Below are positions 1 through 11,978 of a DNA stretch of 64,000 nt, in pieces. The translations under genes and the position numbers were made by a program. The stretch's first letter is position 1. Every line of letters begins with the position of its first letter. Source of the DNA: Paramecium tetraurelia (lineage: Eukaryota); NCBI GenBank assembly GCA_000165425.1, contig CT868441.1:62001-126000 (forward strand), in the 5' to 3' direction. The notes below the pieces were generated by a model. It was not told the origin of the DNA, searched no databases, and saw only the letters and a list, made by a program, of their open reading frames with translations.

Positions 1-444
1 TAACCTTTTTATAAACATTCTTGGTCTTGAGAAATACATTTAATAAAATGGCGAATAAAAATATTACGATAACCAATTTGGGTAACCACTTTCCACTAGC
101 TACTCCCAAAATAGCTCCTGCTAAAAGCAATGGAAGTGTTATCTATACTAGTTAATAATTGATTAATGGACTGCTTCCATCTTAGATCTAATTTTAACAA
201 TTGCATTGATTTTTACTTTTTCTCTTCCTAACCTTGCAAAATTACCTATACTTCCTCCAAATAACATGATGTAGGTGTTCCAAATAGCTTGCTTACTCGA
301 GCACCCTAGTAAAACCATCATCACAGGTGATACAATGGGACCTCCCCCTATTCCACCTGCTTAGGCTAACCCAACTAATGATCCCAAAATTGCATATGAA
401 ATCCATGTAAAAGGTTCAGACAGGGATGGCATTTCATAGTCCAT
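1..444 (-). CDS. Sulfite exporter TauE/SafE family membrane protein (3' part runs off window)
   Basis: ATG at 444; MDYEMPSLSEPFTWISYAILGSLVGLAQAGGIGGGPIVSPVMMVLLG with the GIGGG..P motif and further hydrophobic helices. Confidence 0.8.
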
Positions 445-624
445 AAATAAATAATATTCTTTTAATGTAATTTTTTTTGCTTAAATCTAATTTAATTAAA
501 AACAGCATAATATAAGTATACAATTAATTACATTTAGTTATTGCAACAAATTGTAGAAATATTGAAATGCACTATATTATTGTTATATAATTAAATAAAT
601 AAAACAAATCAAATTGGTTTCAAA

Positions 625-1478
625 TCAATGGTGTCCATAAAAGCCCTAACTTATTTTAAGGTTGATTAATAAATATTTTGATCCGTTTCCATTTAAGAAA
701 TCATTCCTCTCAATTTGTAGACTTCTTATATAAGCACTTTCTTATGTCCCAGTAATTTATCATTTTCATCTTGGAGTAATGCTCTATCCTATTCCATCGA
801 GCTAATCTAAATTTGAGATAAGAATTACAATTTTATTGTATTTAGAATTCAATTCAGATAAATTTTCTTTTACATCTTGTCTTTATAATTCAGAAATGGA
901 GAGTTGGTTTTGTAGTATATTGATTTTGGATTGCAATTTCAGATTGACTGACTTTTCATATTTCAAAGTATCAGAGGAATCAGCTATCAAGTCCTCAAGA
1001 TTTTGTATCTGAGCTTAAGATGATTACAATTTAGTGGTTAGAAATTCTTTCACAGATTTTAAAGCATGTAATTGAGCTAATACATCTTCTTCTGAATCAA
1101 AGACACTGCTATTCCCAGATAAATGTCCACTGGAGCCAATCTCTTATTTTTCTTACAAAAGTATTTGTTATTGTTATTATTGTTTAGTTCCTCCAACAAT
1201 ATGTTGTGCATTTCGACTTAAAGACAATAATTTAAATCCCAGAGGACAAAACATTATGTTTCTCAATGATGAACAAGTAGCTGTAAATCTATATAAATCT
1301 AGATCATCCAAAAATGCACATAGTCTTTGGATTAGTATCACCTTTAGTTTATTTAGTGGTTTACTTTAGGTAGTCTTAGCAACAAAGAATTTTGATTATG
1401 TTTAATCTATTCTTCTTTGTGTTTTTAACTCAACTCTAATTCATCTAATTACGCGATTATTTTATCGAGTTTGTCCAT
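625..1478 (-). CDS. F-box-like and coiled-coil protein
   Basis: After splicing a 23-nt intron (~1342-1364) reads LLRLPKVILIQRLCAFLDDLDLYRFTATCSSLRNI (F-box pattern), followed by a long coiled-coil; TGA at 625-627. Confidence 0.65.
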
Positions 1479-1498
1479 AAATAAATAATATTATAATA

Positions 1499-2035
1499 TC
1501 ACTATCCTTCTGTTCCTCCAGTTTTCGATTTTGTTACTGTTTCAAATTGCAAATCTGAATTAGCTTTGATTTCTTTGTGGTTTTTAAGATGAGCAAAATA
1601 AAAAGCTGTTTATGAAAATTCACTTTAATTGACGCTGGCTAACATGTTACCCAAGGCACAATAAGTGGAAACATCCAGTGTTTTCAAGTCTTGTCCTTGC
1701 TTAAGAATCTCGTCGAATGCAAAGAATGCTCTCTCATCCATATTATTTGTGCATTCTAGCAATTCAATGCTTATATCCATGGGTCGATTTGAATCATGAA
1801 TTTTGTCAGTGAAAAATATACTAACAGAAGTGATCAGCATCCCTCCAATTAGATATCGTATGCCAACTCTAAATTATGTAAATCGTATTTGTCTTTGAAA
1901 GGAGCTTTCATATTTGGCTTGACGCTATTGTATTTTTAAGGACATTCTTTCTTCGAAATTATCGATGAATTTTAATTTTTCATCATAGAACACTCTCCAA
2001 ATATTTTTCACCGATTAATAGGCTTTTTTAATCAT
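1499..2035 (-). CDS. Hypothetical protein, 178 aa, one hydrophobic segment
   Basis: Uninterrupted table-6 ORF MIKKAYQSVK...TGGTEGQ*; segment YLIGGMLITSVSIFF. Confidence 0.65.
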
Positions 2036-2056
2036 AAAATGTTGTATAATAATTTT

Positions 2057-4949
2057 ATGATTATTAGTTAAATAACCAACAATGATGAATTGCAAGAGCC
2101 ATTAGAAACAAATATGAATAAAAGTTCAAAAGTGTTATTGTGGGGAAGAAGAAATTAGAGACAGAGCTTTGGTATCGAGAATCCAATTTGGAAATACAAG
2201 GCTTTGAAGATTATTATTTTGGTTTCTAGGTTTTTGTTCCTCATAACACAACAAATATTCAGAAAAGACTTAACAAATATTTCAAAATCTGAGTTCAACT
2301 TAATTCATGATGCCTCCTCCGATTATGACTTTTTCAAGTATAGAGGTGACCTTCCTAAAGATAAACCATCTTATTTATTACTGAAACTACATTCGTGGTT
2401 CTCCTGCATTATATGTAAAGTAGTTAACTATTAGAGAGCAACAAAATACATTTTTACAAAAAAATCACAAAAAATGGCTTTTGAAACCAGATGATACAAT
2501 CATGATAGTTTGGAATGTGACCATGATTGTCATCGTCACAATTAATGTTTTTTATGTATCGTTGCGAATATCATTTCCTGAGATCAGAGAGCTGTCTCTA
2601 ATTGGTAAGGAATTGATCTTCGAATAAATCCCAGTTTATATTTTCTTCATTGACATTATATTGAAACTAAACACTTGCATATATTTTAGAGGAAATCTAA
2701 TCTCAAATCGGAAAAAGATTATAAAGCATTATTGTGCTGAAGGTAGAATATTTATTGTGAAATATAGGTTTAATAATTGATTTGGTCTTAGTGGTGCCTT
2801 TTTTTATTGGTTAATTACTAAATTTTAGTTATTTGGATTTCGTAATTGTTTTGAAGGTGTTTCAACTTTCAGGTTTATTTTCTTCATTATTCAATCGCTT
2901 AGAATTGACTTCGAGACAAACAGCAATTTTCGATTTGTTCAAAATGATGTAAAAGTAACATGGTATATATTAGTTCATTCATGATTTTGGTCGCTCACTT
3001 CTCCGCATGCATATGGCATATTCTTGGATAATGGGGAGAATGGGGTCATGAAGATGGAAAGACTTGGATCAAGGTAATTAATTTGTAAAATGAGTCATGG
3101 TTAGACAGATATGTAGTTTCTTTTTATTGGAGTATAGTAACTATGACTACTATTGGATATGGAGATATTACTCCTGTGAATTTGACAGAAAGAATATTTG
3201 TTATTTTTATGACTATGATTTCATCTGCCACTTTTGCATATACTGTCAACAATATAGGAGGTATTTTTTAAGATTTCTCCAAACAATCTGTCCAACTAAA
3301 AAATAATATGAATCAATTAAACAGATTTCTGAGAAGTTAAAATGTTTCAGATGATCTACAAATCAAATTCAGAAGATATTTTGAATATTTGTGGAGTAAA
3401 CCTTCTTAAAAGGTTATTCAATTTGCTGAGTTAATACCAAAGAGCTTGAAGGATCAGATGATAGTCGATGTAAATATAAAGATATTAAATCAAATAAGTT
3501 TTTTCTAACAATTTAGTTAACCGCTTTTGAATAAATTATGTATGAATTTAGAAGAAAAATAAATTTAGTCAAATGACTATCTCTTTACAAGAAATAAGTA
3601 ATCATTATAGTTGTATATACTCGTCTCTGGAGAAATTAAACTTCAAATCCAATTCAAAGATAAGCCAAAACTACTGTAAAGACTTGATGCTCCTTCTTTT
3701 GTAGGGCAATTAGACTTTTTTAATAACCAACCTTATTCATATGATGCTATCGCTTCTAAGGCCACTAAAATTCTTCATATTTCTAGAGAAACACTCCACA
3801 ACATATATAAAGATTTTCCCTTAGATTATGTATCATTTATTTCACTATAATAATTAGGAAAAGTACAAATAAATCTCAGAAGACATTGTTCAACATAAAT
3901 AATTGTCGCACATCTCAGTAATCTGTAATACTTGTTAAAGTAACACCCATTTCATCAATTCTTGTCCCTTTCTTTTCGGGACACCAAACAGAGCTAAAGC
4001 TATCTATAAATATCGTAAATTTACTCCATGCGATCGAAAGCCTGATTTCTAAAGACATAATCATTCAAGAAAAATGTATGCCTTGAAACATTAGTTTATT
4101 GTTTTAGAAAGCATATTGAATTATATGATGAAGAATGAAGAGTTCATTCACATCGAAGGCTTTAAAGAATTGCAAATGTAGACTCAGCAATTTTAAAACA
4201 ATTAATTTACTTTCAATTAAATACCTATAGGACTCTCAGTACATCACTCAAATAATTCTGTTCTACCTCCACTTCTTATCAATTCTTCAAGTAAATAATC
4301 CTAATCTTAAAGAATATTATAATCTGTAGGAAATTTGTTGCCTCCTTAAGTTGAAGACTCTCCCAGAACATTTCGCAATAATTAAATAATAAACACTACT
4401 AACTTGAGAAATTATCATAAACTATCAATTAATCACGGTTCTTAATCAGATTTACCAAAGGTTGAGGATGAAGTTCCAATAATTGGAAAGTTTTAGAAAA
4501 AAAATGATGTTGAATCATTATGTGTAAATAATGATAATTAATAGTAACAATAATTATCATAATAATAATATCATAAATAATTAAATCAATAACATTAATA
4601 ACTATAAATATTACCTTAAATTTAAATAAACTAAGTAGGATTAAGACGAAAATCAGTTAGATTAAAACGAGAAGAAAGTTCAGAAGATGATAATGATGAT
4701 TCAGATCAAATTATGGGATAACATATAGATATATTTTAGCAATTTGAAAGAATGTAGGAATTCAACAATTATTATCCTCATAATAATATTTCCATAGTAG
4801 TTAACAAAGTATGATATTACAATATCTTGTATTCATAGTATCAAGAGAGAATATTTGGCTACATGAGGCAAATAAAAAAAAGAAAAAGTAGAAAATAAGA
4901 AACCTTATTACATCTGCTTAAACAGGCATAAGGCAAATAAAGATTATGA
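2057..4949 (+). CDS. 6TM K+ channel with cyclic-nucleotide-binding-homology domain (KCNH/HCN/CNG-like)
   Basis: Pore FYWSIVTMTTIGYGDITP (~3121-3175), C-linker, CNBD-like region, several short introns, Gln-rich tail. Confidence 0.9.
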
Positions 4950-4963
4950 ATATCTATATAATC

Positions 4964-6095
4964 TCAATCTAACCATTTAAGACGCTTTCCTTAGTTCCAT
5001 TAACCCTTTTTACTAATCTATCCATTAAAATACTCTCCGATTCCATGTTATTTTCCAGACTCCCATTAGCCTGAATATTTTCTGCCATCAGCTACCTTAC
5101 ATTAAATATAAACAAATTACGCCATTCCAACACTCCAGTTCCATGCTTTTTGTCATTACTGTACTATCCTTCATACTTTCTTCCATCTGGCCATTTCATT
5201 ATGCCATTTCCATCCATACTTCCATTCTACCACTAACCCTCATACTGTCTACCATCAGTCCATATATATTTCCTGTTTTTATTAAACTGAATTTATACCC
5301 AAATCCACTAAAATAATTAGATTAAAAATTTCCTTCATAACTTTAACCGTCTACCCATATGTAGTGGCCAAATCCATTCTTCTTCCCGTTTTTAAACTAC
5401 CCTTTATATTTAGATCCATCAGAAAATTATTCATCTCCATAGCCATCTTAATAATCATTCTTCCATTCTCCCTGATAGATGGTTCCGTCATTATGCACAT
5501 ATTTTCCGTTTCCGTGTTCTAAAAATTAACTTTAATCTAACTTAAATCGTCAACCCAATCTCCCTCATACCAGTCTCCATCAATGTAGATCATTCGTCCT
5601 TTACCATTAGCTTTGTCATTCCTCCATTGTCCTTAAAATATTGACCCATCCTGATAAATTAAGCATCCTAGAGAGATAGGAATTGTGTTCAAGTACCATA
5701 TCCAAATTTTTCGCCGTGATGCCAACAACCCTTATATAGTGAACCATCCTTTTATTCGTAGACCCCATAAAAATATCCTTCCTCATCATCTATTTCATAT
5801 GCACCCAATTCATCCATAAGTTTCTAAATTAATATTTGGAATGGCTTACTTAAACTATGAGATTATAAGTAGCAAACGAGGTTTGTGTTTACCACACAGT
5901 TTATGGATTAGGACGATGAGTATCATCTGATGTTTCATTACTAGACTTTATGGTCTCTTATTGCAATATTTATTGAGCTTGGCAAAACTAGAGTTGTTGG
6001 TCCTCAAAACTAGTAAAGTTCTCTTATTTGAATTCGAGAGGCTGCATTTCTTCTGTCTTTTGGATGTCTGCTGATTAACACTGGCAATTCCCCAT
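4964..6095 (-). CDS. MORN-repeat protein with N-terminal acylation motif
   Basis: Starts MGNCQC; repeated YxGxWxxDxxxGxG units (e.g. [14 protein letters not shown]). Confidence 0.9.
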
Positions 6096-6162
6096 TCGAT
6101 ATTAAAAATAATGTATTATTCTGAGAATTTCAAAAATATCAAATGAATTAAAACATACAACT

Positions 6163-6688
6163 TCATCTTTGTTTTCTAAACATAAGCATTTTTTTGAATT
6201 ATTCCATTTTCTTCATTTACAAATAATTATTTGTTATATATGTAGGTTTCTAATCGTGTTTCCTATGATCTGGGCTTTACGACATTTAATATCTTTTTTT
6301 AGTATTGTTTATTAAGGGCAAAGGTGATCTGTTCATCTCGTAGGTGCAACTTTGGTTTAGTATTTGAGAAACTATCTTCTCCTTCTAAGAACTCTGCATT
6401 TGATCATTGAGAGTACTTGGCAAATGTTCCGGAAATTCATTGTTGCTCTTACAAATAAACAAATATCCATACTAATTTTTTAATCTCTAAAATCTATTCA
6501 TTATTAAACTCAGCCATTTAAGTGATTTTTGTTGAGGGAGGAATAAAAACTGTAGCTTCTCTATTCTCAGTCCCAAAGCACTTTACTTCTTTAAGGAACA
6601 CAGTTTTTCTAATTTTATCTATTGCATAAACAATTCCTTCATATCTTATATTTTATTTTGTCAATATAGAAACTCTATTTTATTTCAT
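6163..6688 (-). CDS. Short Lsm14/Scd6-type Sm-domain protein
   Basis: MKQNRVSILTKQNIRYEGIVYAIDKIRKTVFLKEVKCFGTENR...IPP matches the Lsm14 N-terminal domain (IRYEG, FGTE.R); one intron; TGA at 6163-6165. Confidence 0.75.
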
Positions 6689-6856
6689 TTAATTAAATAT
6701 AGAGAAAGTTTTTATTCTATATTTGACCTATCGCATCCGCTTAAAGAAATTAGAATCTTTTAATTTACATAAGTTTTAGGTTGGCTTTCAAATGAAACAA
6801 GGCTTTTAAATTAAAAACAAGTTTTTAAAAAATATGAGTTATATTGATGCTGAAAT

Positions 6857-7730
6857 ATGATGTTTGCTAATTATATAACAGGTCGCTTTTAAGGCTAAAA
6901 CAAAAAAGAAATTTCAAACACTTTGATTAAAATTGAAACTTGTTTCTTTTTTGATGTGCCACTTGTATAACTTCGATAAATGTTTCATATCTGTCAGAAT
7001 TCTAAAAAGATAATATTTTTTTTCACAATTTAAGTTATCTGCTTGAGGATAGAAGGAAATAAAAAGACTACTCAAAAATTACTAAGGAAACGAAAAATTA
7101 TGGAAAATTAAATCATATATTTGTTTGATTGAAAATCTAACTGATGCAACAGAATAAGGAATTTCACAAAATGATTTACAATTATTATTGGTGAATCCTA
7201 ATAGCATTAAACTATCAGAAATAATTTTATAACTATCTAAAATTATTTTTAAGTGATGTGACACTAGAATTTTTAATAAATAGTAATCTAAATTATAATA
7301 TTTTTAACTAAAAAGGAGACTTAATAGTACCTCATTTATAGAAATATATAAAACTTCAATAGTAGTTTAATAAGATTTTTTTATGTAATTGATATGTTCT
7401 TAGGAAGATGAAGAAAACTTGGAAAATTAAATAATTTTTGTGAAATTTTAGAACTTATTATAATTTATTGATATCAAAATTCAATATAAATGATTGATGG
7501 AAATACTTTATAATATAATTGGATGATTTGTATTAGATAAAAGCCTGGATTAATAAGAAATAGGGGATAAATACTAAAGAAGAAAATTTATGAGGATTAC
7601 CAAATGATATTAACAATAAATCTTGTTAATTTAATCAATTTTACAAGTAGTCAAGTAAGTAGATGAGCTTCATTGTTTGTTTCGAAGGTAGATTAGGCTT
7701 TGCTAGAGATGATAATAAGTGATGGGATAA
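6857..7730 (+). pseudogene. Possible degenerate gene remnant
   Basis: Unusually long spacer with coding-like, purine-rich + strand stretches interrupted by TGA; no family recognised. Confidence 0.2.
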
Positions 7731-7769
7731 TTCGTATATTTATTTAAAATTAGATAAAATATTTAATTT

Positions 7770-9342
7770 ATGGATTCTAATTTGCAAGATCTCATAAAGA
7801 ATTATGCTCCTTTGTCTGATTTCTGCCCAGACCCAAATTATTAATTTGATGAGTTTAAAGATAGATTATTCCAGCCATTCAGCAGATAAGAAAAAGTAAG
7901 TAAATGTTGTGATTTTTCAAAATAAACATAAGTGCAAAAGGATTTGGAAGATGAATATGAGACAGTGGGTTAGAAAGTTGTCAAAAAGCCTGCTCAAAAA
8001 AAGATAGGCTTTGTCCCTTAATAATAATAACAAGTTGTGTATCAATCGTATTATCAAACTGGAAAGAAGAGCAAGATGTCATAGGCTGCAAAGAGAGTGA
8101 TTGTTTATAAGAAATGCAGATTCAAGGACTCAATTTCAATCAAGACTGATTGGATTAGTATTCATGAGACACAAAAGTAGAATATTGAGAAGGTGTAATA
8201 TTCATTGATTGACATTAAAGAGATCCAAAGCATAGGAACAATAAAAAAATATAACAAAGAATTCGATAAAGTGAGACCAAATTATGAGAAGAAGATTTCC
8301 ATTATAGGAGGAGAAGTTATATCAGGATCTGTATAGGACGATAAATATTTTAAATAACTGATTGCAGAAAGGTAAGGAACAGAAGAGTTACCAACTATTT
8401 ACACAACTGATAAATTGTTATTTGCAGTCTAAACACTCAAGTATTCAATTTACCCTTGGGATATTTTGGTAACTAAGAAAGGTAATTCTTATATCTTTGA
8501 CAAATGTCCTTAAAACAGAAGTGATTTAACATATTTGGAATTGCAAACCATAAATGAAAATATTACAGTTGATATGCCTGAAGATGAGAAGACAGTAAGA
8601 AATTACTGTGAGGAAAGCACAATTGCCTAGTTGAGTTGGTAATTGTTAAGTACTTACAATCAACCAGTGCTCTTTTCAAATTCATTACAAAATGATGAAG
8701 AGGCTGAACAAAACGATTAAGCTGAAAAATATCTTTTTTCAGAAGATCTTTGTTTCAAATATTTGGAAGTCTCAGTAAAGGATAGGATTGAGAAAGCCGC
8801 TAAAGGTGAGGAAGTGAGAGCCGGATAAGACAGATTTAAAGTCGTAGTGAGAACTACAGTCGAAGCTGAAAACAATGATGGACAACCAGTGTTGGTGAAG
8901 TCATTGAATGAATGTGAGACACCTCCCGATTGGAAGAAATCGTTGTTATCTTAAGCTGGTATTACTACTAAGTAAGTGTTTATCAAAATAAAATAGTACT
9001 GCTTAGGTGTATAATACCAACAATATTGCTAAGTGGTTGTGTTAGGCATAATTATTAGAGAGCGAAGAAATCAAGGTTGGTTATTTGGCTAGGTAAAATT
9101 AAAAGGATCAAGACAAACACTCTTTATTGTTAGTGGAAACATTCACATAAAGAGATTTGGCTGCCATCATTAACTTTAAATCTGTTGAGATTTGGCAAAG
9201 TGTGAGATATTTGGTTGATTATCTGAAGACTTAAGAGGATGGGGTGTATGTTCTCTTAAAACAAGCTTATAAATAATCAATTAGAATATTCAACGTTAGG
9301 GAAAATGATGAATTGCAGGAAGATGACTAGGATTCATTATGA
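7770..9342 (+). CDS. EIF3D: Eukaryotic translation initiation factor 3 subunit D
   Basis: FQPFSRQEKVSKCCDF, DSISIKTDW, TDKLLFAVQTLKYSIYPWDILVTKKGNSYIFDK, NTNNIAKW and DGVYVLLK resemble eIF3d conserved blocks. Confidence 0.85.
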
Positions 9343-9532
9343 TATTATTTGGTATATTATTAAAGTAATAATAATTAATCACTATAAATTGTTGGGCTGA
9401 TGGTGTGAAGGACAGAAAATTTTAGATATAATATTCTCGTAATTAAAAGCATTTTTTGATATTAGGGATGCAGAGAATTTATACATTTTGAATTAAATTA
9501 AAAAGAGATTTTAATTTTTTCTATAAACAATC

Positions 9533-10443
9533 ATGGTAAGATAATGAGTTCTATTTGTCTAGGCTAGAGGACCTAAGAAACACATGAAGAGAATCACAGC
9601 ACCAAAAAGTTGGATGCTTTCAAAGTTAGGAGGAAATTGGACCACAAGACCCTCATAAGGACCTCACAAGTTGAGAGAATCAATCCCATTGTCTGTTATA
9701 TTGCAACAAAAATTGAAATATGCTCTCTATGCTAGAGAAGTCTAAATGATTCTTGCTGATAAGGACGGCAATATTAAAGTTGATGGAAAAGTGAGATCTG
9801 ACTTTGGATATCCAGTCGGATTATAGGGTATTAATTAGTTTATAATTTGTAATCAGATGTCATCACAATCGACAAGACAAGAGAGAGTTACAGAGTGTTG
9901 TATGATGTCTAAGGAAAATTCATTTTAAAATCCATCAAACCAGATGAAGCTAAGTTCAAGCTTGTGAAGGTTACTCAAAAGAAGGTTGGACCAAACAACG
10001 TTCCCTACATTGTTACCAATGATTCCAGAACAATCAGATATCCAAATCCAGAAATTCATGTTAATGATACTCTCAAAATCGATTTGGAAACTGGCAAGAT
10101 CGTCGATTTCATCAAGGAAGAACCAGGTAATCCAATGCAATTACAGTATTAGGAAACATTTGCTATATTATTGGAGGAAATAACATCGGAAGAGTCGGAC
10201 TCATTCAACACAGAGAAAGACATCTTGGATCTTTTGATATTGTTCATGTCAAAGTATAGATTTCCATCTAATATTTATTAGGACTCAAATGGAAAACACT
10301 TTTCCACCAGAATTAACAACATCTTCACTATTGGTAAAGGAAAGAAATCCTTGATTTCACTCCCAGACGATAATGGTTTGTATTTGACTGCTCTTGAAAA
10401 GAAATAAGCTAGAGAACATCATGAAGAATAATAAAAATAATGA
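9533..10443 (+). CDS. RPS4: 40S ribosomal protein S4 (eS4)
   Basis: [22 protein letters not shown]...[11 protein letters not shown]; first intron directly after the ATG; 4 short introns. Confidence 0.97.
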
Positions 10444-10494
10444 TATTTTAAAAGTATAGTACATATTTACAAACAAAATAGATAATTATGAATT

Positions 10495-10818
10495 TCATTA
10501 AATTTTGCAACACAACTGTTGATTTTATCTTAATTATTTTTTCTATTTATCGATCTACTCAATCTTGAAGTAATCAAACACTATTAAATCATACAATTTT
10601 TAAGTCTTTTCTATTCGATCTCTAAAGGAAACCTGTTGCTGCCGTTTTTTTTTGTCAATTAGGTTCCCAAATCTATCATAGCGGATCTTAAGAGTTGCAT
10701 CAAATACAAAATCTAATGATTTCCTACTGTCATGAGAAATGCCATCGTCCGGTAAAGATTGAGGTTGCTATTCCAGTAAACAGAAATCTGGCTTTGGAGC
10801 ATAATATTACTATTTCAT
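10495..10818 (-). CDS. Small 107-aa protein with C-terminal CaaX-like end
   Basis: Intronless table-6 ORF MKQQYYAPKP...RYDRFGNLIDKKKRQQQVSFRDRIEK...NQQLCCKIQ*. Confidence 0.7.
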
Positions 10819-10963
10819 ATTAATTTAAATGAATGAAATCACAATCTCCAGATTTCTATGTTTAATGATGTTCATCCAGTTATACTAAGGAGAGGAGGGA
10901 AAAGAAGATTATAATATATGATTTATTTCTTTATATATTGTACATCGTTTGATAATATGCAAA

Positions 10964-11460
10964 TCATTTCTTTTAAGCTTTAGCAGCAGCTAATTCATTT
11001 CTTCTTCTGACTGAATTTGCTCTGTTTAACTTGACCAACTTTCTAAGGGCGGCCTTTTGTAATCCAAGTCTTGAAGTACCGAATCTCTTTCTGATGACCT
11101 AGGAATACTTATAAATTAATTACTCTGGAAGCAGTGTGAACTCCATGCTTGACAGCCAAGGTTGAGGCATACACTGATTAAGTGTTTTTAGCTTTTCTAT
11201 CAGCTTATTAGAATTTTGTGCTCTTCTTTGCGACCAAATTAATATTGTTAATCTAGTTAACTTTTCCTGAGGTTGGAACAACTCCGACTGCATTCTTTGA
11301 GATGAATCCTTTAAATTAATACATCGACCCAATTACCTGTGCTGCTATATGTCTACACACCTGTGTTGTTGAATGGGTCTGTTGACAATGTCAATCCATT
11401 TCTCTTAACCAAAAAGGCATTGTTTCCTTTGACTACTTCCCAGAGAACTGATTGTGACAT
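10964..11460 (-). CDS. RPL28: 60S ribosomal protein L28 (eL28)
   Basis: [34 protein letters not shown]; basic C-terminus; short introns. Confidence 0.92.
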
Positions 11461-11511
11461 TAATTTTAAAATAGATATTAATTTTTTTCAAAATTTTCTA
11501 TATTAAGTAAT

Positions 11512-11978
11512 TCATTAATGCTGACCCTCACTATTAAAAATATTCTTTGCATGTGCCATCGCATTCTCCGGATGTAATGCATCCTTACACTCCTTCTCTG
11601 CCAAGATACACACTACTATTGTACCTAACTAAAACTTTACTCAATATTCTACTTTAATAATAAAGTTGATAACTGACAACACTAACACAAATGTTTGTAT
11701 TCCATCAGCCCAATTGTGCGAGAAAGCTGATGAATTCCAAAATGGACCCCAATAAACCAGCCACACAAAATCGATAATCCAAGAATATACGAATAAGTAT
11801 ATCAATCTGATCTTTTGTGAAACCTATTTGATTTCACTAATATTAATACAGGTCTATCGATGTCCCATAATAAGTATGCAAAAGCAAAAAGAGGTAAATT
11901 GTAATCTGGTCTTGCGTAGCATGTAAAGCATGAGATGAATGCTATTGCTAAAAATAATTTCTTAGGCCACTCTTACAT
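11512..11978 (-). CDS. Small multi-pass membrane protein (AGTRAP-like)
   Basis: MQEWPKKLFLAIAFISCFTCYARPDYNLPLFAFAYLLW...SWIIDFVWL...VLSVINFIIK; 2 introns. Confidence 0.65.

Noticed and set aside
4530..4620. TAA-rich low-complexity tract resembling stop-codon runs
   Set aside because: Gln-rich coding tail of the K+ channel
9925..10183. Overlapping ORF-track entries here and at 14636, 16085, 17292, 18325, 26510, 33666, 34952, 37319, 43197, 53534, 59214 and 62864
   Set aside because: Shadow or antisense frames of well-supported genes, produced by the wrong genetic code
10825..10910. Slightly GC-richer island between RPL28 and the small CaaX gene (possible snoRNA, SECIS or 30-codon ORF)
   Set aside because: No convincing C/D or H/ACA boxes or stem; the ORF is too short and too close to the neighbouring ATG
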